Assembly: GCF_004010195.1 (NCBI RefSeq)
Contig: NC_057752.1
Span: 15,017,585 to 15,081,584 of the forward strand
Direction of reading: 5' to 3'
DNA length: 64,000 nucleotides
Source: Chiloscyllium plagiosum
Taxonomy: Eukaryota
Shown: positions 46,500-59,328 of the stretch, in pieces
How positions within the stretch are numbered: position 1 is the first letter of the stretch
Layout: every line of letters starts with the position of its first letter
Notes under the pieces: generated by a model
Databases searched by the model: none
The model's input: only the letters and a program-made list of their open reading frames with translations
What the model was told of the DNA's origin: nothing
Translations under genes and position numbers: made by a program

Positions 46500-49040
46500 A
46501 GAAATAGATAAGGGCAGGGTTAAGTATGTAAATGGTCCCAGAGTATAGTGAACAGGTTTGAGGAATTGGAAGTAGAAATTGCTCGGGGGGATATGAAATA
46601 GTAACATTGTCAGAAATGTGGCTCAAGCCAAAATAGGGCTGAATATTTAACAGGGAGAAAGTGAGGACTGCAGATGCTGGAGTACCAGAGTTGAAAAATG
46701 TGGTGCTGGAAAAACACAGCAGGCCAGGCAGCATCTGAGGAGCAGGAGAATCAACGTTTTGGGCATAAGCCCTTCTTCAGGAATCCTGAAGAAGGGCTTA
46801 TGCCCGAAACAACAATTCTCCTGCTCCTCGGATGCTGCCTGGCCTTCTGTGTTTTTCCAGCACCACATTTTTCAACTCTGAATATTTAACATCCTGGGCT
46901 ATGAAAGTTTTTAGTATAAACAAGGCGGATAAAAGGAAGCAATCTTGGTCAAAAATAGTCTCATTGCAGTTCCTGAATTGGAATCTATATGGCTGGAGGT
47001 GAGAAATAGGAAAGGGGCAGTGACCTTGTTGGGTATTTATTATCGACCTCCCAATAGAGGGGAGGAAGTAGAAGAGAATATTTGTAGGCAGATTATGGAA
47101 ATCTGCAGGAGAAGCAGGTTTGTGATAACTGGTGATTTCAATTACCCTAGGATAGACTGGGAAAAAGAGGTAGAATATGGGATATGGAAAGGGAGAAATG
47201 CCTGCATTATGTGCAGGAGAACTTTCTGGAACAGTGTTAGGGAATAAGGCAGGCCAAGTGGGGAACATTTGAGTGAGGAGGCATTTAGGAAATAGTGATC
47301 ACGATATAATAAGGTTCAATATAAGTTGGAAAAGGGGAGATAATACAGGCTCAATGGTACAACTTTGAGGGGAGCATAGGAGGAGAGGGACTTTGGGTTT
47401 CAAGTGCAGATTCTCTGAAAGCGCCAGGCAAATTGAAACAGTTGATAAGAAGGCTTATAGGATCCTTGGATTTATAAATAAAAGCATAGTATAAAAGCAA
47501 GGGAGTTATGCTACACCTCTACAAATCATTGGTTAGACCACATTTGGAGCATTGTGTTCAGTTCTGGGCACCTTATTTATGGAAGGATGTTAAAGCCCTG
47601 GGGAGAGTAAAAAGGAGATTTTACTGGAATGATAGCAGGAATGAGGGAGTTTACATACAAGGAAAGATTAGAGAAATTGGGCTTACTTCTCCTTGGAGCA
47701 GAGATGTTCAAATTATGAACAAATTGACAGGGTAAAGAAGGATATTCTGTTTCCACTAGTTGGTATGTCAGTAATTGGGGGTCACAATTTCAAGATTGTC
47801 AGCAAGAGAGCGAGGAGTGAGATGAGGAGAAACTTCTTTATACTGGGAGTTATTTGGATTTAGAATGCTCTGCCTGGGAGAGCAGTGAACGTGGATTCCA
47901 AAGGAGGTTTCACAAGATAGCTGGATATATATAAGTGGAAGTGGCATTGTCAAAAAGTATAATTGCTCTGGCCACTTGCACTCAATTTACCACCAATTGG
48001 GAAGAAAAAACATCGGTGTTGCGTTCAGTCCACCTATTGGTATGATCTGTATTAAGTAGAGGTAAAGCATATGTAAAAGAATATAAAGCTATCACGAAAC
48101 ATAAACCCACTGTTGCAGCCTCTATTAAGTCAGATTCTGTTTCTCATTTTCATTTGAAAACCTGACCTTCCTGAACAGTGTTACTGTGTTACTTATAAAC
48201 TGTTAATATCCGGGCTAAATAGATGCACTGTTGTTTTGTATGTTTAGTATCCATCTGCAAATCTTAAAATATAGGGCCCTGAAAAAGTTACATATGTACA
48301 TTTTAAACTTTTGCAACTGATGTTTTATCTCTAGGTTGTTTAGAAAATATGAATATGAGGAGTGATGCAGGAGAACATTGAAAGACAATATAAAATAGGG
48401 GGTACGAGTCTAAAGGGAGTGTGTAGGGACCGGGGTGTATATCTGCACAGATCATTGAAAGTGGTAGGACAGATGGAGAGAACAGTTAATAAAGCATACA
48501 ATGTCCTCAACTTTATTAATAGGGGCATAGAGTACAAGAGCAAGGAGGTGATATTGAACTTGTATTAGATCTCAGCTGGAGTATTGTGTACAGTTGTGGG
48601 TGCCACGTTATAGGAAAAATATAAAGATACTAGAGAGAGTACAGAAGTGATTTCCAAGAATGATTTCAAGAATAAGACACTATGAGGCTTGATTGACGAA
48701 GTTGGGACTGTTCCCTTTGAAGAGAAGAAGGCTGAGAGGAGATAGCTGGAGGTTTTCAAAATTATGAACGCGCTGGATAGACTAGGTAGGGATAAGCTGT
48801 TCCTGCTCTTAACAGGAACAAGAAAGAGAGGGTATATAGTTAAAGTGAATTGTAAAATAAGTGAGGGTGATATGAGAAAAATCATTTTTCACACAATCAT
48901 TAATTAAAGTACGAAATGCACTGCCTAGAAATGTGGTGGAGGTATGTTCAACTGAAGTATTCCAGAGGGCAGTGGGGATGATTATTTGGAAACCAGTGGT
49001 GTGCAAGGATAAGGGGGAAAGGAAGGAGACTGGCACAATA
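46500..49040 (+). mobile_element. Old CR1 fragments (EN and two 3' regions)
   Basis: ESIWLEVRNRKG...YYRPPN...ITGDFNYPRIDW; YKSLVRPHLEHCVQFWAPY. Confidence 0.75.
46653..46880. mobile_element. Palindromic PLE pLTR insertion inside an old CR1 EN region
   Basis: 14-bp TSD CTGAATATTTAACA at 46639-46652 and 46878-46891; centre cttcaggaatcctgaag; both HHRs decayed. Confidence 0.92.
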
Positions 49041-49551
49041 TGTCCGTTGAGCTCATATAAAACAAGATTTCACCCTGTAAAATTCTTCTCTTAATAGGGT
49101 TGAGAGTTCCTACACTGAGAGTTATCTCCTGGGAATAAAGCAAAAAATCGATGGATAGAATAAAGAAAGTCCCATTTGAGATGCCAGGAGCAATTCTTCA
49201 TTGTTGGAATGGGGGATCTTTTGTAAGGCCCTTCACACTGTTCCAGTTGCCTTTGAAGATTTGGATTTTGTTCTGATTCCTTATGATGACATATTGTGTA
49301 TAGACTTGGGCATGGAGATTGGCCATTTGGGCAAAGGATCAGAGGATGCCTGTGGCAATTGTTAGTGCTATTGAGAGGAGACTGAAGGTGAAAATGAGCA
49401 AGTTGAAATGCTTCATTTTCTAGCACAAGACCTCTTCCCCCTTAAGTAACATGATTGATTCCTTTGTGCTGCTAATAATGTCCTGATTATCAGTGGAAGT
49501 AAGTTTTAAAGTGGAAAGAGTTGGGGAATAAGCCAGCACTGGGACTGGGCA

Positions 49552-49742
49552 CAGTTAGTCCTGTTATAGCGCATTAGTTCCATTCTCGTGCAATCGTGTG
49601 TTATAAGAAAATTGGGTAATTATAGCACTATTTAAACTAATAGAGCCAAAATCGTGTTATAACCAATACATGCTTTTAAAGTTCACATTTTAGATTGTTC
49701 GCATTTGTGTTAATGAAATGCAAATTATAGCAGACTGACCTG
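49552..49742. mobile_element. MITE, Tigger/pogo-like
   Basis: Imperfect TIRs cagttagtcctgttata and tatagcagactgacctg; a related left end occurs at ~45057. Confidence 0.5.
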
Positions 49743-50584
49743 TGCTAGATTTCACTGAGGCAGAAAGAACTGTACCTAACTGTGTGGGATGTTCGCTCGT
49801 GTTAGTCGACTCCATATGCTTCTGGGTATTCAATGCATTCCAGACAGCTAATTCTGTAATTAGTCTTTTTCTGAAGTTGTTTGTCATCCAAAATAAACCA
49901 CGACACTGTTTTCAAAGTTCAAACATGTAATTTATCTGTGTAATTACGTGTGAGACTGAAAGAAAGCTAGAACAATGCAACACTGTGCTCCTCACAGTTG
50001 CAGAGAGTGCAAAGGTTAACAGTATCTCGCAACCAGTACAAAGTTGAAGCTTAGCTAATGTACCAGTGTCCCAGACAAGGTAACAACATTTAGAGATTAT
50101 AAATTTCTATCATTACAGAGCAATAAGCGCTTGGAATTGAAAGCCAGGTATTTGTGTTTAAAAAAACTGAAATATGTACTTTGCCTTTCTTATTGACACA
50201 AATTACATCTAAAGCAGACATGACTTCTCTACTACCTTGTCCCTATTCCCCTCGAGACTATTCATTAGTTATTCCCCGGGTTTAAAATTTCCCCTTCTTT
50301 GTTATGCTTCTTAGCTCCCTGTTGCTCCGTGTAATATAAAGTTCCCCTTGCATTCTGCTTCTGTGTGAACTTTGGTTGATAAATCAGACCAAGCCTTTTT
50401 TGGGGCTGCCCTGTTCTTGTCTCCTCTTCTCCTCATCTGTCTAATCCCCCTTGTGAAGCACCATACCTTAATTCTTCCTGATGCATCAACCTTCCTTCCA
50501 TTCTGTCATTTGAGGGTTAAAGCCGCTCCAGAGCAAGTTTACCATCACCAGGGGGTTTTGTGGTAGAATGATAGTCTTCCTACC

Positions 50585-51068
50585 AAAGTTTGGGTGAAGA
50601 TTTGTAGCTCGGGTGCTCGTTGTTGTGGTTCTGTTCGCCGAGCTGGGAATTTGTGTTGCAGACGTTTCGTACCCTGTCTAGGTGACGTCCTCAGTGCTTG
50701 GGAGCCTCCTGTGAAACGCTTCTGTGATGTTTCCTCCAGCATTTGTAGTGGTTTGAATCTGCCGCTTCCGGTTGTCAGTTCCAGCTGTCCGCTGTAGTGG
50801 CCGGTATATTGGGTCCAGGTCGATGTGCTTATTGATTGAATCTGTGGATGAGTGCCATGCCTCTAGGAATTCCCTGGCTGTTCTCTGTTTGGCTTGTCCT
50901 ATAATAGTAGTGTTGTCCCAGTCGAATTCATGTTGCTTGTCATCTGAGTGTGTGGCTACTAAGGATCACAGCGCTTCACAGGAGGCTCCCAAGCACTGAG
51001 GATGTCACCTAGACAGGGGACGAAATGTCTGCAACACAAATTCCCAGCTCGGCGAACAGAACCACAAC
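50585..51068 (-). mobile_element. Poseidon-type PLE insertion with inverted pLTR (same family as 5009-5511)
   Basis: 12-bp TSD AGTCTTCCTACC at 50573-50584 and 51069-51080; HHRs at 50658-50697 (minus, GAAAC-GTC-TGC) and 50993-51032 (plus, GAAAT-GTC-TGC). Confidence 0.92.
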
Positions 51069-52370
51069 AGTCTTCCTACCTCCAGGCTAGGAGGCCTAGG
51101 TTGTTATCCCACCTTCTCCAGAGTTGTGTCATAACATTACTGAACAGGTTGATTAAAAATATCTACCACCCACTCAGGGTACCTTTGCTGCACTGATCAT
51201 TTAAACCATTTCCTCGTCTCATTTCTTCCCATCTTCATGCTTTCAGGTTTGATGGCAACAAACTCAAATGCACATAATTCACACAATCTTAGTCATTCAT
51301 ACCTAGACTTGGCTCAACCATGTTATGGTTTACCATCCTTTTCTCTCTGCTGCCAAAGCCTGCAGGATCATGTTGAGGGCAAGAGCAAGTCTGGGTTCCT
51401 GCTGTTCATGATTCATGTCATTTTCAAACCCTCTACTTCTGTCCCTACTTCCCACCTGTATCTCTTCTGTTATGTGGCTTGTCAATGAGGCAGCAGTGTT
51501 TGCAGTGCTTTATTACTTCAATTTTAAGATAATCAACCTCATCATCATTTCCCATTATGTTTGAGACATGTGCAATGGGCTGAATAGCCTCCTCCTCTGA
51601 TCATATCATCATCTCCCCTCTACTGTCCAGCTGAATGGACTGTGCTTTGTTCCACTTCCAATGATCCAAGCACAGCCAACAGATCACCAGCAGTAGCTTC
51701 TCTTCCCCACCCACACTCTCATTAATTGAATTTGCCAAGGCTTGTGTCCTTAACTCCTCATGTTCATAGATGTGTTACACATTGGTGGCATTGTTGACAG
51801 AGACAGGATCAGAAACAACATGTTTGCTAATGAGACTCAAATCTCTCCCTTCACCATTGTTCAGAGCCAAAACCAACTCCACATTGTTAGTCTAGAAGTC
51901 TGCACTCAAGTCATAGATGAGTCACAATTAGTGTTTCCTCTTCAGTTTTTTTTTTGTTGCGTGCAGTCAGTTCATTTCAATTTGTACCTTGAATTTGTTT
52001 TTCCTGGATGCACAAGGGCGTTGTCCAAAATGGAATAGTTGCCTCAATGGCCATAAAGTGCATGCAGCTTTGAATAAACATGCTGAACCTTCTTTCAGTT
52101 GAAAAACAGCAAGGTTGAGGCAATTTTCATAGCCCCTGCTATAAATTTCACTCATTTACCACTGACTCTATCCAATATCCCCAAGTAAGTGCTTGGTCTA
52201 GTACCAGTGAATTCATTCTGTTTCACAGGAGATTTTAAACTAATTTAGCAGGGAAATGGGTCACAGAGTAGATGTAAAGTTAGGAGAGCAAGGTCTAATT
52301 GCGTATAGAAGTAATACTAGGACAGTACAGTTGGAGGAGAAGACATGCATAGGGTAATGTACAGGGAAGG

Positions 52371-52479
52371 CAAAAGTGATGACTGCAGATGCTGGTGAAG
52401 GGCTTTTGCCCGAAACGTCGATTTTCCTGCTCCTGGGATGCTGCCTGACCTGCTGTGCTTTTCCAGCACCACTCTAATC
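52371..52479. mobile_element. PLE insertion: 25-nt minus-strand tail joined to plus-strand pLTR arm
   Basis: TSD aatgtacagggaagg (52356-52370) and aatgcacagggaagg (52480-52494). Confidence 0.88.
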
Positions 52480-52602
52480 AATGCACAGGGAAGGTCTAGA
52501 AACCTAAATTGTATCTATTTTAATGCAAGGAGCTTAACTGATAAGGTGGACAAATGTAGTGTTGATCAGCACATGGGAAGATGATATTGTTGCAATCACT
52601 GA

Positions 52603-52900
52603 GGGCGGTACAGTTGCTCAGTGATTAGCACTGCTGCCTCAGAGCGCCAGGGACCCGGGTTTGATTCCAGCCTCGGGCGTCTGTCTGTGCGGAGTTTGTA
52701 CATTCTCCCCACGTCTGCGTGGCTTTCCTCTGGTTTCCTCCCATAGTTCAAAGATCTGCAGGTTAGACGAATTGGCCATTCTAAATTGTCCTAGTGTTAG
52801 GTACATTAGTCAGAGGGAAATGGGTCTGGGTGGGTTACTCTTTGGAAGGTCGGTGTGGGCCAAATGGCCTGTTTCCACACTATAGGGAGTCTAATCTAAT
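52603..52900 (+). mobile_element. HE1-type SINE inserted in CR1 EN remnant (52200-53480)
   Basis: tRNA-like head, central domain, (TCTAA)n tail. Confidence 0.88.
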
Positions 52901-53483
52901 TGTTGAAGGAAAGACAGACTGGCAGCTCAACATTTGAGGGTATTGAAGTTTCAGGTGTGATGGCGATGTGGTGTCATAGACATTGGAGCATTGCATTAAT
53001 GATAAAGGAGGCCATCATTGCAGTAATGAGGGAGGGTGTGCGAGAAGGGTCTTCAAATGAGGCCATCTGGGTAGAGCTTAGAACTTAAAAAAATGGGCAG
53101 TTACCTTGCTGGGATTATACTACAGACCCTACAACAGTCAGAGGGAGATAGGTTGTAAGAGACTTCAACTTTGCTAAAATTAACTGAGATCTTCAGTATG
53201 AAAGGATGAGACGGGGTGAAATTTTTAAAGCGCACCCAAAAGAGCTTTTTATGCCAGTATGTAGATGGTATTAGTAGAGATGAGACCGTGTTCGACCTAA
53301 TCCTCGTGAATGAAGCCAGCCAAGTGATTAAAGTTTGTGTGCGAGCATTTTGGGGATAGTGACATTACTCTGTAAGTTTCATAATTATTATGAAAGAGGA
53401 CAAGGATAGCACAGATGTTGTGTCTGAATTGGAAAAGGCCAATTTTAATATCATTCAAAATGATGCGGCAAACATAAACTGCT

Positions 53484-54755
53484 AGAGACATAATCCTACA
53501 GCATGGAGACAGGCCCTTTATCCCAACATAGTCCAGGCCGACCATATTGTCCATCCACTCTAACCCCATTTCCTTGCACTTGGACATCGTCTAAACCTTT
53601 TATATCCATGCTTTTGTCTGAATGCCTTTTAAATGTTGTCTAATTACTTGCCTCAGCTACTTCCACTGCTGCTCATTCCATATGTGTACCACCCTCTGTG
53701 TAAAAAAAAACAAAGTTGGTGCCTCATGTTCCCTTTTATGCTTCCCCCTCTAACGTTAAACTGATGCCCTCTAGTCCTCGATTCTGCAACCCTGGGAAAA
53801 AGACTGAGTGCATTCACCCTATCCATGCCCTTCATGATCTTGTACACTTCAATAACATCCCCTCTCAGTCTCCTACGCTTTAAAGAAAAGCTTCCTAGCT
53901 TGTCCAACCTCTCCCTATAACTCAGACACTTGAGTCCTGGCAACATCCTTGCAAATTTCTTCTGTGCTCTTTCCAGTTTAATAACATCCTTCCTGTTGCA
54001 AGTTGACAAAAACTGAACACAATACTCCAGATGTGACCTCACCAACGTCCTGTACAACTGCAACATAACTTCCTAGCTTCTATACTCAATGCCCTGACTG
54101 ATGAAGGCCAGTGTGCCAAAAGCCTCCTTCAGTGCCCTGTCTACCTGTGATTCTACTTTCAGAGAACCATGCATCTGAACTCCAAAGTCCCTCTGTGTTA
54201 CTACAATCTTTAAAGTCCCTGTTCACTACAAACCTCCTACCTTGATTTGACTTTTCCAAAATACTCTTATCTATATTAAACTCCATTTGATATTTCTTGG
54301 CCCACTACCCCAGCTGATCAAGGTCCTGCTGTAATTTCTCATAACCTTGCTCATTGTCCACAATACCTCATATTTTAGTGTCATCTGCAAACTGACTAAC
54401 TATGCCTTCTATATTCTCATCCAAATCATTGTTATAGATAACAAATAGCAACGAGCCCAGCATCGACCCCTGAGGCATACCACCAGTCACAGGTCTCCAG
54501 TTAGACAAGCATCCTTCCACAATTACCCTCTGCTTCCTACCATGAAGCCAATTAAATATTAAATTTTCCAGCTCCCCCTGAATTTTGGATTAGTGGTGCT
54601 GGAAGAGCACAGCAGTTCAAGCAGCATCCGAGGAGGAGCAAAATCGACGTTTCAGGCAAAAGCCCTTCATCAGGAATAAATGCCAGGTGATCGAACCTTC
54701 CAGAGTAGCTTGCCATATGGAACCTTATCAAAGGCCTTACTGAAATCCATATAGA
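53484..54755 (-). mobile_element. CR1 RT to 3' end
   Basis: YRTLVRSHLEYCVQF...RGHQFNVRG; QFADDTKI. Confidence 0.85.
54581..54680 (-). mobile_element. PLE pLTR arm with hammerhead (54644-54675)
   Basis: Reverse complement TC-CTGATGA-a-gggc(tttt)gcct-GAAAC-GTC-GA. Confidence 0.82.
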
Positions 54756-55451
54756 CTTGCTACTTGTAGCAAGTCTTTTAATAGTAGTGTTGTGAGAATT
54801 CAGGGCCAGCGTATTTCCTGTAAGAGTGAAGAGCATCGCCAGCAAGCCCAGGGAGTCCTGAATGATAATGGATATCAATAGTTAGATAAAGAAAAGGGAG
54901 AAAACATGTATCAAGTACAGAGCATTAAAAACAGTGGAGGCCCTTCAAAAGTACAGAGAGGTTACCTAAACAGGAAATCAGGAGGGCAAGGAGGAACCAT
55001 GGAATATCTTTGCAAATGGGATCAAGAAAAATCCCAAGACTTTTTACATGCATATTACGAGGTTTATTAGGAAAAGAGTGGGACCTATGAGAGACCAAAT
55101 GGTCAACGTGTACATGGGGCAAGTGGACGTGGGTGAAGTCTTAAATCATCTGTATTCACAGAAGAGAAAGACATTTTAAGCGGGGACTTCAGTTGTGAGA
55201 GTGAGGTTATAGAACACGTTAAGGTTCATAAAGAGGGGATGTTAGATGTTTTAGCGAGCATAGAGGTGCATAAATCCCCGGAGCCTGATGAGAGGCTGCT
55301 ATGGGAGCCAAGGGAGGAGATTTCTGGGGCCCTGGTGGCGGTATTTAATATTTTGCTGGCCACCAAATGATTGGATGATAGCTAATGTGGTTCCTTTGTT
55401 CAAGAAAGACAGCAAGGATAGGCCAGGTCATTACAGACCAGTTAATCTTGT

Positions 55452-55965
55452 GCTGAGGCTTGAAGAACAGCATCTCATTTTCTGCTTGGGGACCCTGCAG
55501 TCCCTAGTACTCAATATTGAGTTCAATAGCTTTACAGCCTGATTCCTTCCTTCCATGTTTTTACCCACCCCACACCCAGTCATGTTATGGCATGCTTTTG
55601 GCGCAGTCACCCATTCTCACGTAATCCTGTTTTCTCATTTTCTCTTAGTCTTAGTTCTTATTATCACTTGTTCAGCTTTTCTTCTGTCCTGGCCTGCTAT
55701 CCATAATCTCCTTGTTTACCTCCCCACTTCATATCTCTTTCTCCCTCCGGGCTCCATCTCCACCTATCCACTCACCCTTCCCAATCCTCCCCTCATCCAA
55801 CTTGTGGTTCAGCATAAATACGACCTTATCTGAGCTGCTAACAGTTCTGAAGAAGAATCATTAGACTTGAAACTTTAACTGGGCTTTCTTCCCACTGATG
55901 CTGCCAAACATGCTGAGTTTCTGTTTTCTGTTTTAGATTGTCAGCATCAGCAGTTCTTTGTTCGA
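55452..55965 (+). mobile_element. Old Neptune-type PLE 3' end with decayed hammerhead (55843-55880)
   Basis: RLEEQHLIFCLGTLQSLVLNIEFNSF*; AGTT-CTGAAGA...GAAAC-TTT-AACT. Confidence 0.75.
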
Positions 55966-56404
55966 TTTTAGTATAGACCAGTGTTTGTTGGTCAGCATTG
56001 ACATGGTGGTGGGGGGGTGGGGAGTTGAGTTGAAGTGAGAGAGAGGCTTTATGAATGAAATTCTGGAATGAGGAGTGACTGGGACGATGAGCAGTGACCA
56101 TGAAAGCTGATCCTAGCAAGACGTCCACTTTTTCTCGCAGAACAAGGAAGAAAATTAACAACGTGTTAGGAATCACCTAAGCATTATACTTAAACTCTGC
56201 TAATAGTCACTATAGTGATCTTGCTCACACTTTTACATCAACATTTAACATTCAAAGTGTCTATGTCAACATTTTGGACTGAAATTCTGTGTAAACAGTA
56301 CAACTGTTTCTTTCTCCAGCCATTGTTAAATTTTGGAAAAAGGCCTGTCTTCTAAATTCCCTGTAGACTTTATTCGTGGCCTCCAGTTTTTGTCTGTCAA
56401 CCTG

Positions 56405-56790
56405 CATTTCAGAATGCCCCAAAGCACCTCAATCTAATGAAGTGACCTGTAATTTTGAAGCGCTGGTACTGTCATTATGTAGCAGCCAACAGACTTACAG
56501 AAAGTTCCCGCAAACAGCAATGAAATAATGACCGGATAACCTGTGAGGTTTTTTTGCGATGTTGATCAAAAAATAAATATGCCCCAGCTCCTAGAGATAA
56601 CTCCCCTGTTGTTGTTCCAAAATACTGCCATGGAATCTTTTCCATTCACTCAAGAGAGCAAACAGGGCCTCAGTATCTGATCTGAAAGATGGCACCTCGA
56701 CAGCATAGCACACACTTAGGACAACACTTGGAAGCACAGCTCAAATCGCTGGATTGGGAGCTTGAACCCATGACCTCAGGGGCAAATGCT
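56405..56790 (-). mobile_element. DeuSINE (SacSINE1/AmnSINE1-like)
   Basis: ctcccctg...aaatactgccatggaatctttt...ctgaaagatggcacctcgacagcatagcac resembles the Deu domain; cttgaaccc is a reverse B box. Confidence 0.7.
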
Positions 56791-56794
56791 GTTG

Positions 56795-57545
56795 GACTTT
56801 TCATTTTGGTAAAACAAACAAGGCCAGGACTTAAACAATTAATGATAGGGCCCTGGGTCGTGTTGTTGAATAGAGAAGGTTTTATTTGCATAATTCTTTG
56901 GAATTTACATCATAGGTAGACAGTATGGTTCAGAAGGCATTTAGCATGTTTGCCTTCATTGCTCAGATCTTAGGACATCATGTTGAGGTTGTACAGGACA
57001 TTGGAGAGACCTCTTTTGGAGTAGTGTGTGTAGTTCTGGTCACCATGCTATAGGAAGGATATTGTTAAATTGGAGAGGATTCAAAAAGGATTTATCAGGA
57101 TGTAGCTGGCAATGGAGGGTTTGAGCTATAAAAATAGGCTGGAGAGGCCGGGACCTTTTTCACTGGAGTGTAGGAGGTTCAGGGTGAGCTTATAGAGATT
57201 TATAAAATCATGAGGGGCAGAGATAAGGTGAATACCAAGGGTCTTTTCCCTGGTGTGGGAGAGTTCAAAACTAGGGGACACATTTTTAAGGTGAAAGGAG
57301 AAAGTTTTAAAAGGACATAAGGGGCAACCTTTTTCCACAGAGAGTATTTCATGTGTGAAACAAACTGCCAGAGGAAGTGGTGGAAGCAGTACAGTTTACA
57401 ACATTTAAAAGATGTTTAGATAAGTACATGAATAGAAAAGGTTTGGAGGGATATGGGCCAAATGCAGGCAAGTGGGACTAGTTTGATTTGGAAAACATGG
57501 TCGGCGTGGATCGTTGGACTGAAAGTTTTATTTCCACGCTGTATC
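56795..57545 (+). mobile_element. CR1 3' fragment
   Basis: YRTLERPLLE...RGHIFKVKGESFK. Confidence 0.8.
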
Positions 57546-57574
57546 AGATAGAGGTTCTGTCGACTCTCTCAGCT

Positions 57575-57870
57575 GGTTATAAAAGATCCCATGACACTAG
57601 GCAAGTAGGGGAGTTCTGCTTAGTGTCCTGGTCAATGTTAATCCCTTATTCAACATCACAATGACCAGATAATCTGTTTTAATCAGTTTGTTGTTTGTGG
57701 GAGCTTGCTATGTGCAAATGATCTGCTGCAGACTAGTTTCTACAGTACAACATCTCTGACTCTATAACAGTAACTGCATTTCACAAGTACTTATTTGGCA
57801 GTGAAAGCTCTTTGTGACAGTTTAAGATTGTGAAAGGTGCTTTTGGAATCTAAGTCTTTGTTTCTTTTCT
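57575..57870 (+). mobile_element. DeuSINE 3' half (another decayed copy at ~61990-62200)
   Basis: aaaagatcccatgacact...ggggagttct...tgtttgtgggagcttgctatgtgcaaat...aagtacttatttggcagtgaaagc. Confidence 0.65.
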
Positions 57871-58780
57871 GAAACCTCAAAAGTGGTCCAGAAGAGTATT
57901 TTTAATCAAGGGAGTGCCTGAAAAGAATTATATTGTCAAACAATCCACTAATCTAACAGCTAACAAAGAACATTTAGTGACTTAAGTTACAGTATTGTCT
58001 CTGAGCACTTCAGATTAGAAAAAGGGCAGTAATTTATAACACTGAAATGTCATCACCTGCCCAAATAAAACTGTTTGAGAATTCAATCTGTGTTTTCTTC
58101 AAGCCTTGTGGGCAAAACCAAATATACTGTAAGGTGCTCCCTGCAGTTGGGTCACAGGCCCTTTCACTTCATGTTCTGTTGATGTACTGTGTGCAAACTG
58201 AAAAACTCTGCAAATTGTTCAGGATGCACAGAATTGGTTTGAATTTCTTTCCACCTGATGTTTCCTAAAACTTCTGTTGAAATCCAGGCCTTAAAGTGAA
58301 AACTTTAATGAAGGCTTTGAAAGGTACAAAGCATATTACAATGTAAATATTATTATGAAATTTGTATTTCTTTATTAAACTTGTAATATGCTCAGATGAC
58401 CACTTAAGGAAGTGGAAGAGTCAAGAACCAGGGGACACAATCTCTCAATCAGACATTGCACATTTAAGACAGAAATTAGGAAAAATTTCTTCTGAGTTTT
58501 GAGAACCTGTGGAATTATTTACCACCACGGACTGTTGAGGCTGAATCATTAGGTACATCCAGGACTGAGACAGACCGATTTTTAATCTGTAAGGGAATCA
58601 CGTGTTACAGGGAAAAGGCAGAACAGTGTAATTGGGAATTATCCAGTCATGACCTCATTGAATGCCAGAGTAGACTCAATGGGCTAGATTTGGCTGACTT
58701 CTGCTCCTGTGCTTTAGGGTCTACCTGAAGCTGGATCTCTGAATTGAAAAGTGGTCCATTCTTCATGACTGACATTTGTG

Positions 58781-59116
58781 ATTAGACTAGATTTTGATTA
58801 GATTAGATTACTTACAGTATGGAAGTAGGCCCTTCGGCCCAACAAGTCCACACCAACCCGCCGAAGCGCAATCCACCCAGACCCATTCCCCTACATTTAC
58901 CCCTTTACCTAACACTACGGGCAATTTAGCATGGCCAATTCACCTAACCTGCACATTTTTGGACTGTGGGAGGAAACCGGAACACTCGGAGGAAACCCAC
59001 GCAGACACGGGGAGAATGTGCAAACTCCACACAGACAGTCGCCTGAGGTGGGAATTGAACCCGGGTCTCTGGCGCTGTGAGGCAGCAGTGCTAACCATTG
59101 TGCCACCGTGCCGCCC
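58781..59116 (-). mobile_element. HE1-type SINE, full length, ~210 bp upstream of the SPRYD3 exon
   Basis: gggcggcacggtggcacaatggttagc head, ggttcaattcc B box, (TAATC)n tail. Confidence 0.92.
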
Positions 59117-59328
59117 ACTTTACCTGAAATGATTAATTTAAAATATGAGTATCTTACAAATTCTTTTCAAATTGCAATATTTGCACACTGAACACAGAGC
59201 AGTAATTAAACATTGAAACTAGTTATTCTCATTTTAGAACAGACATGACCTGGAAATTGTGAACTGTTTCTCACATGTTGCACCGCTTTCCCCCAAGTTG
59301 TTTGATTACTTTTTATTTCCTTTTTTAG

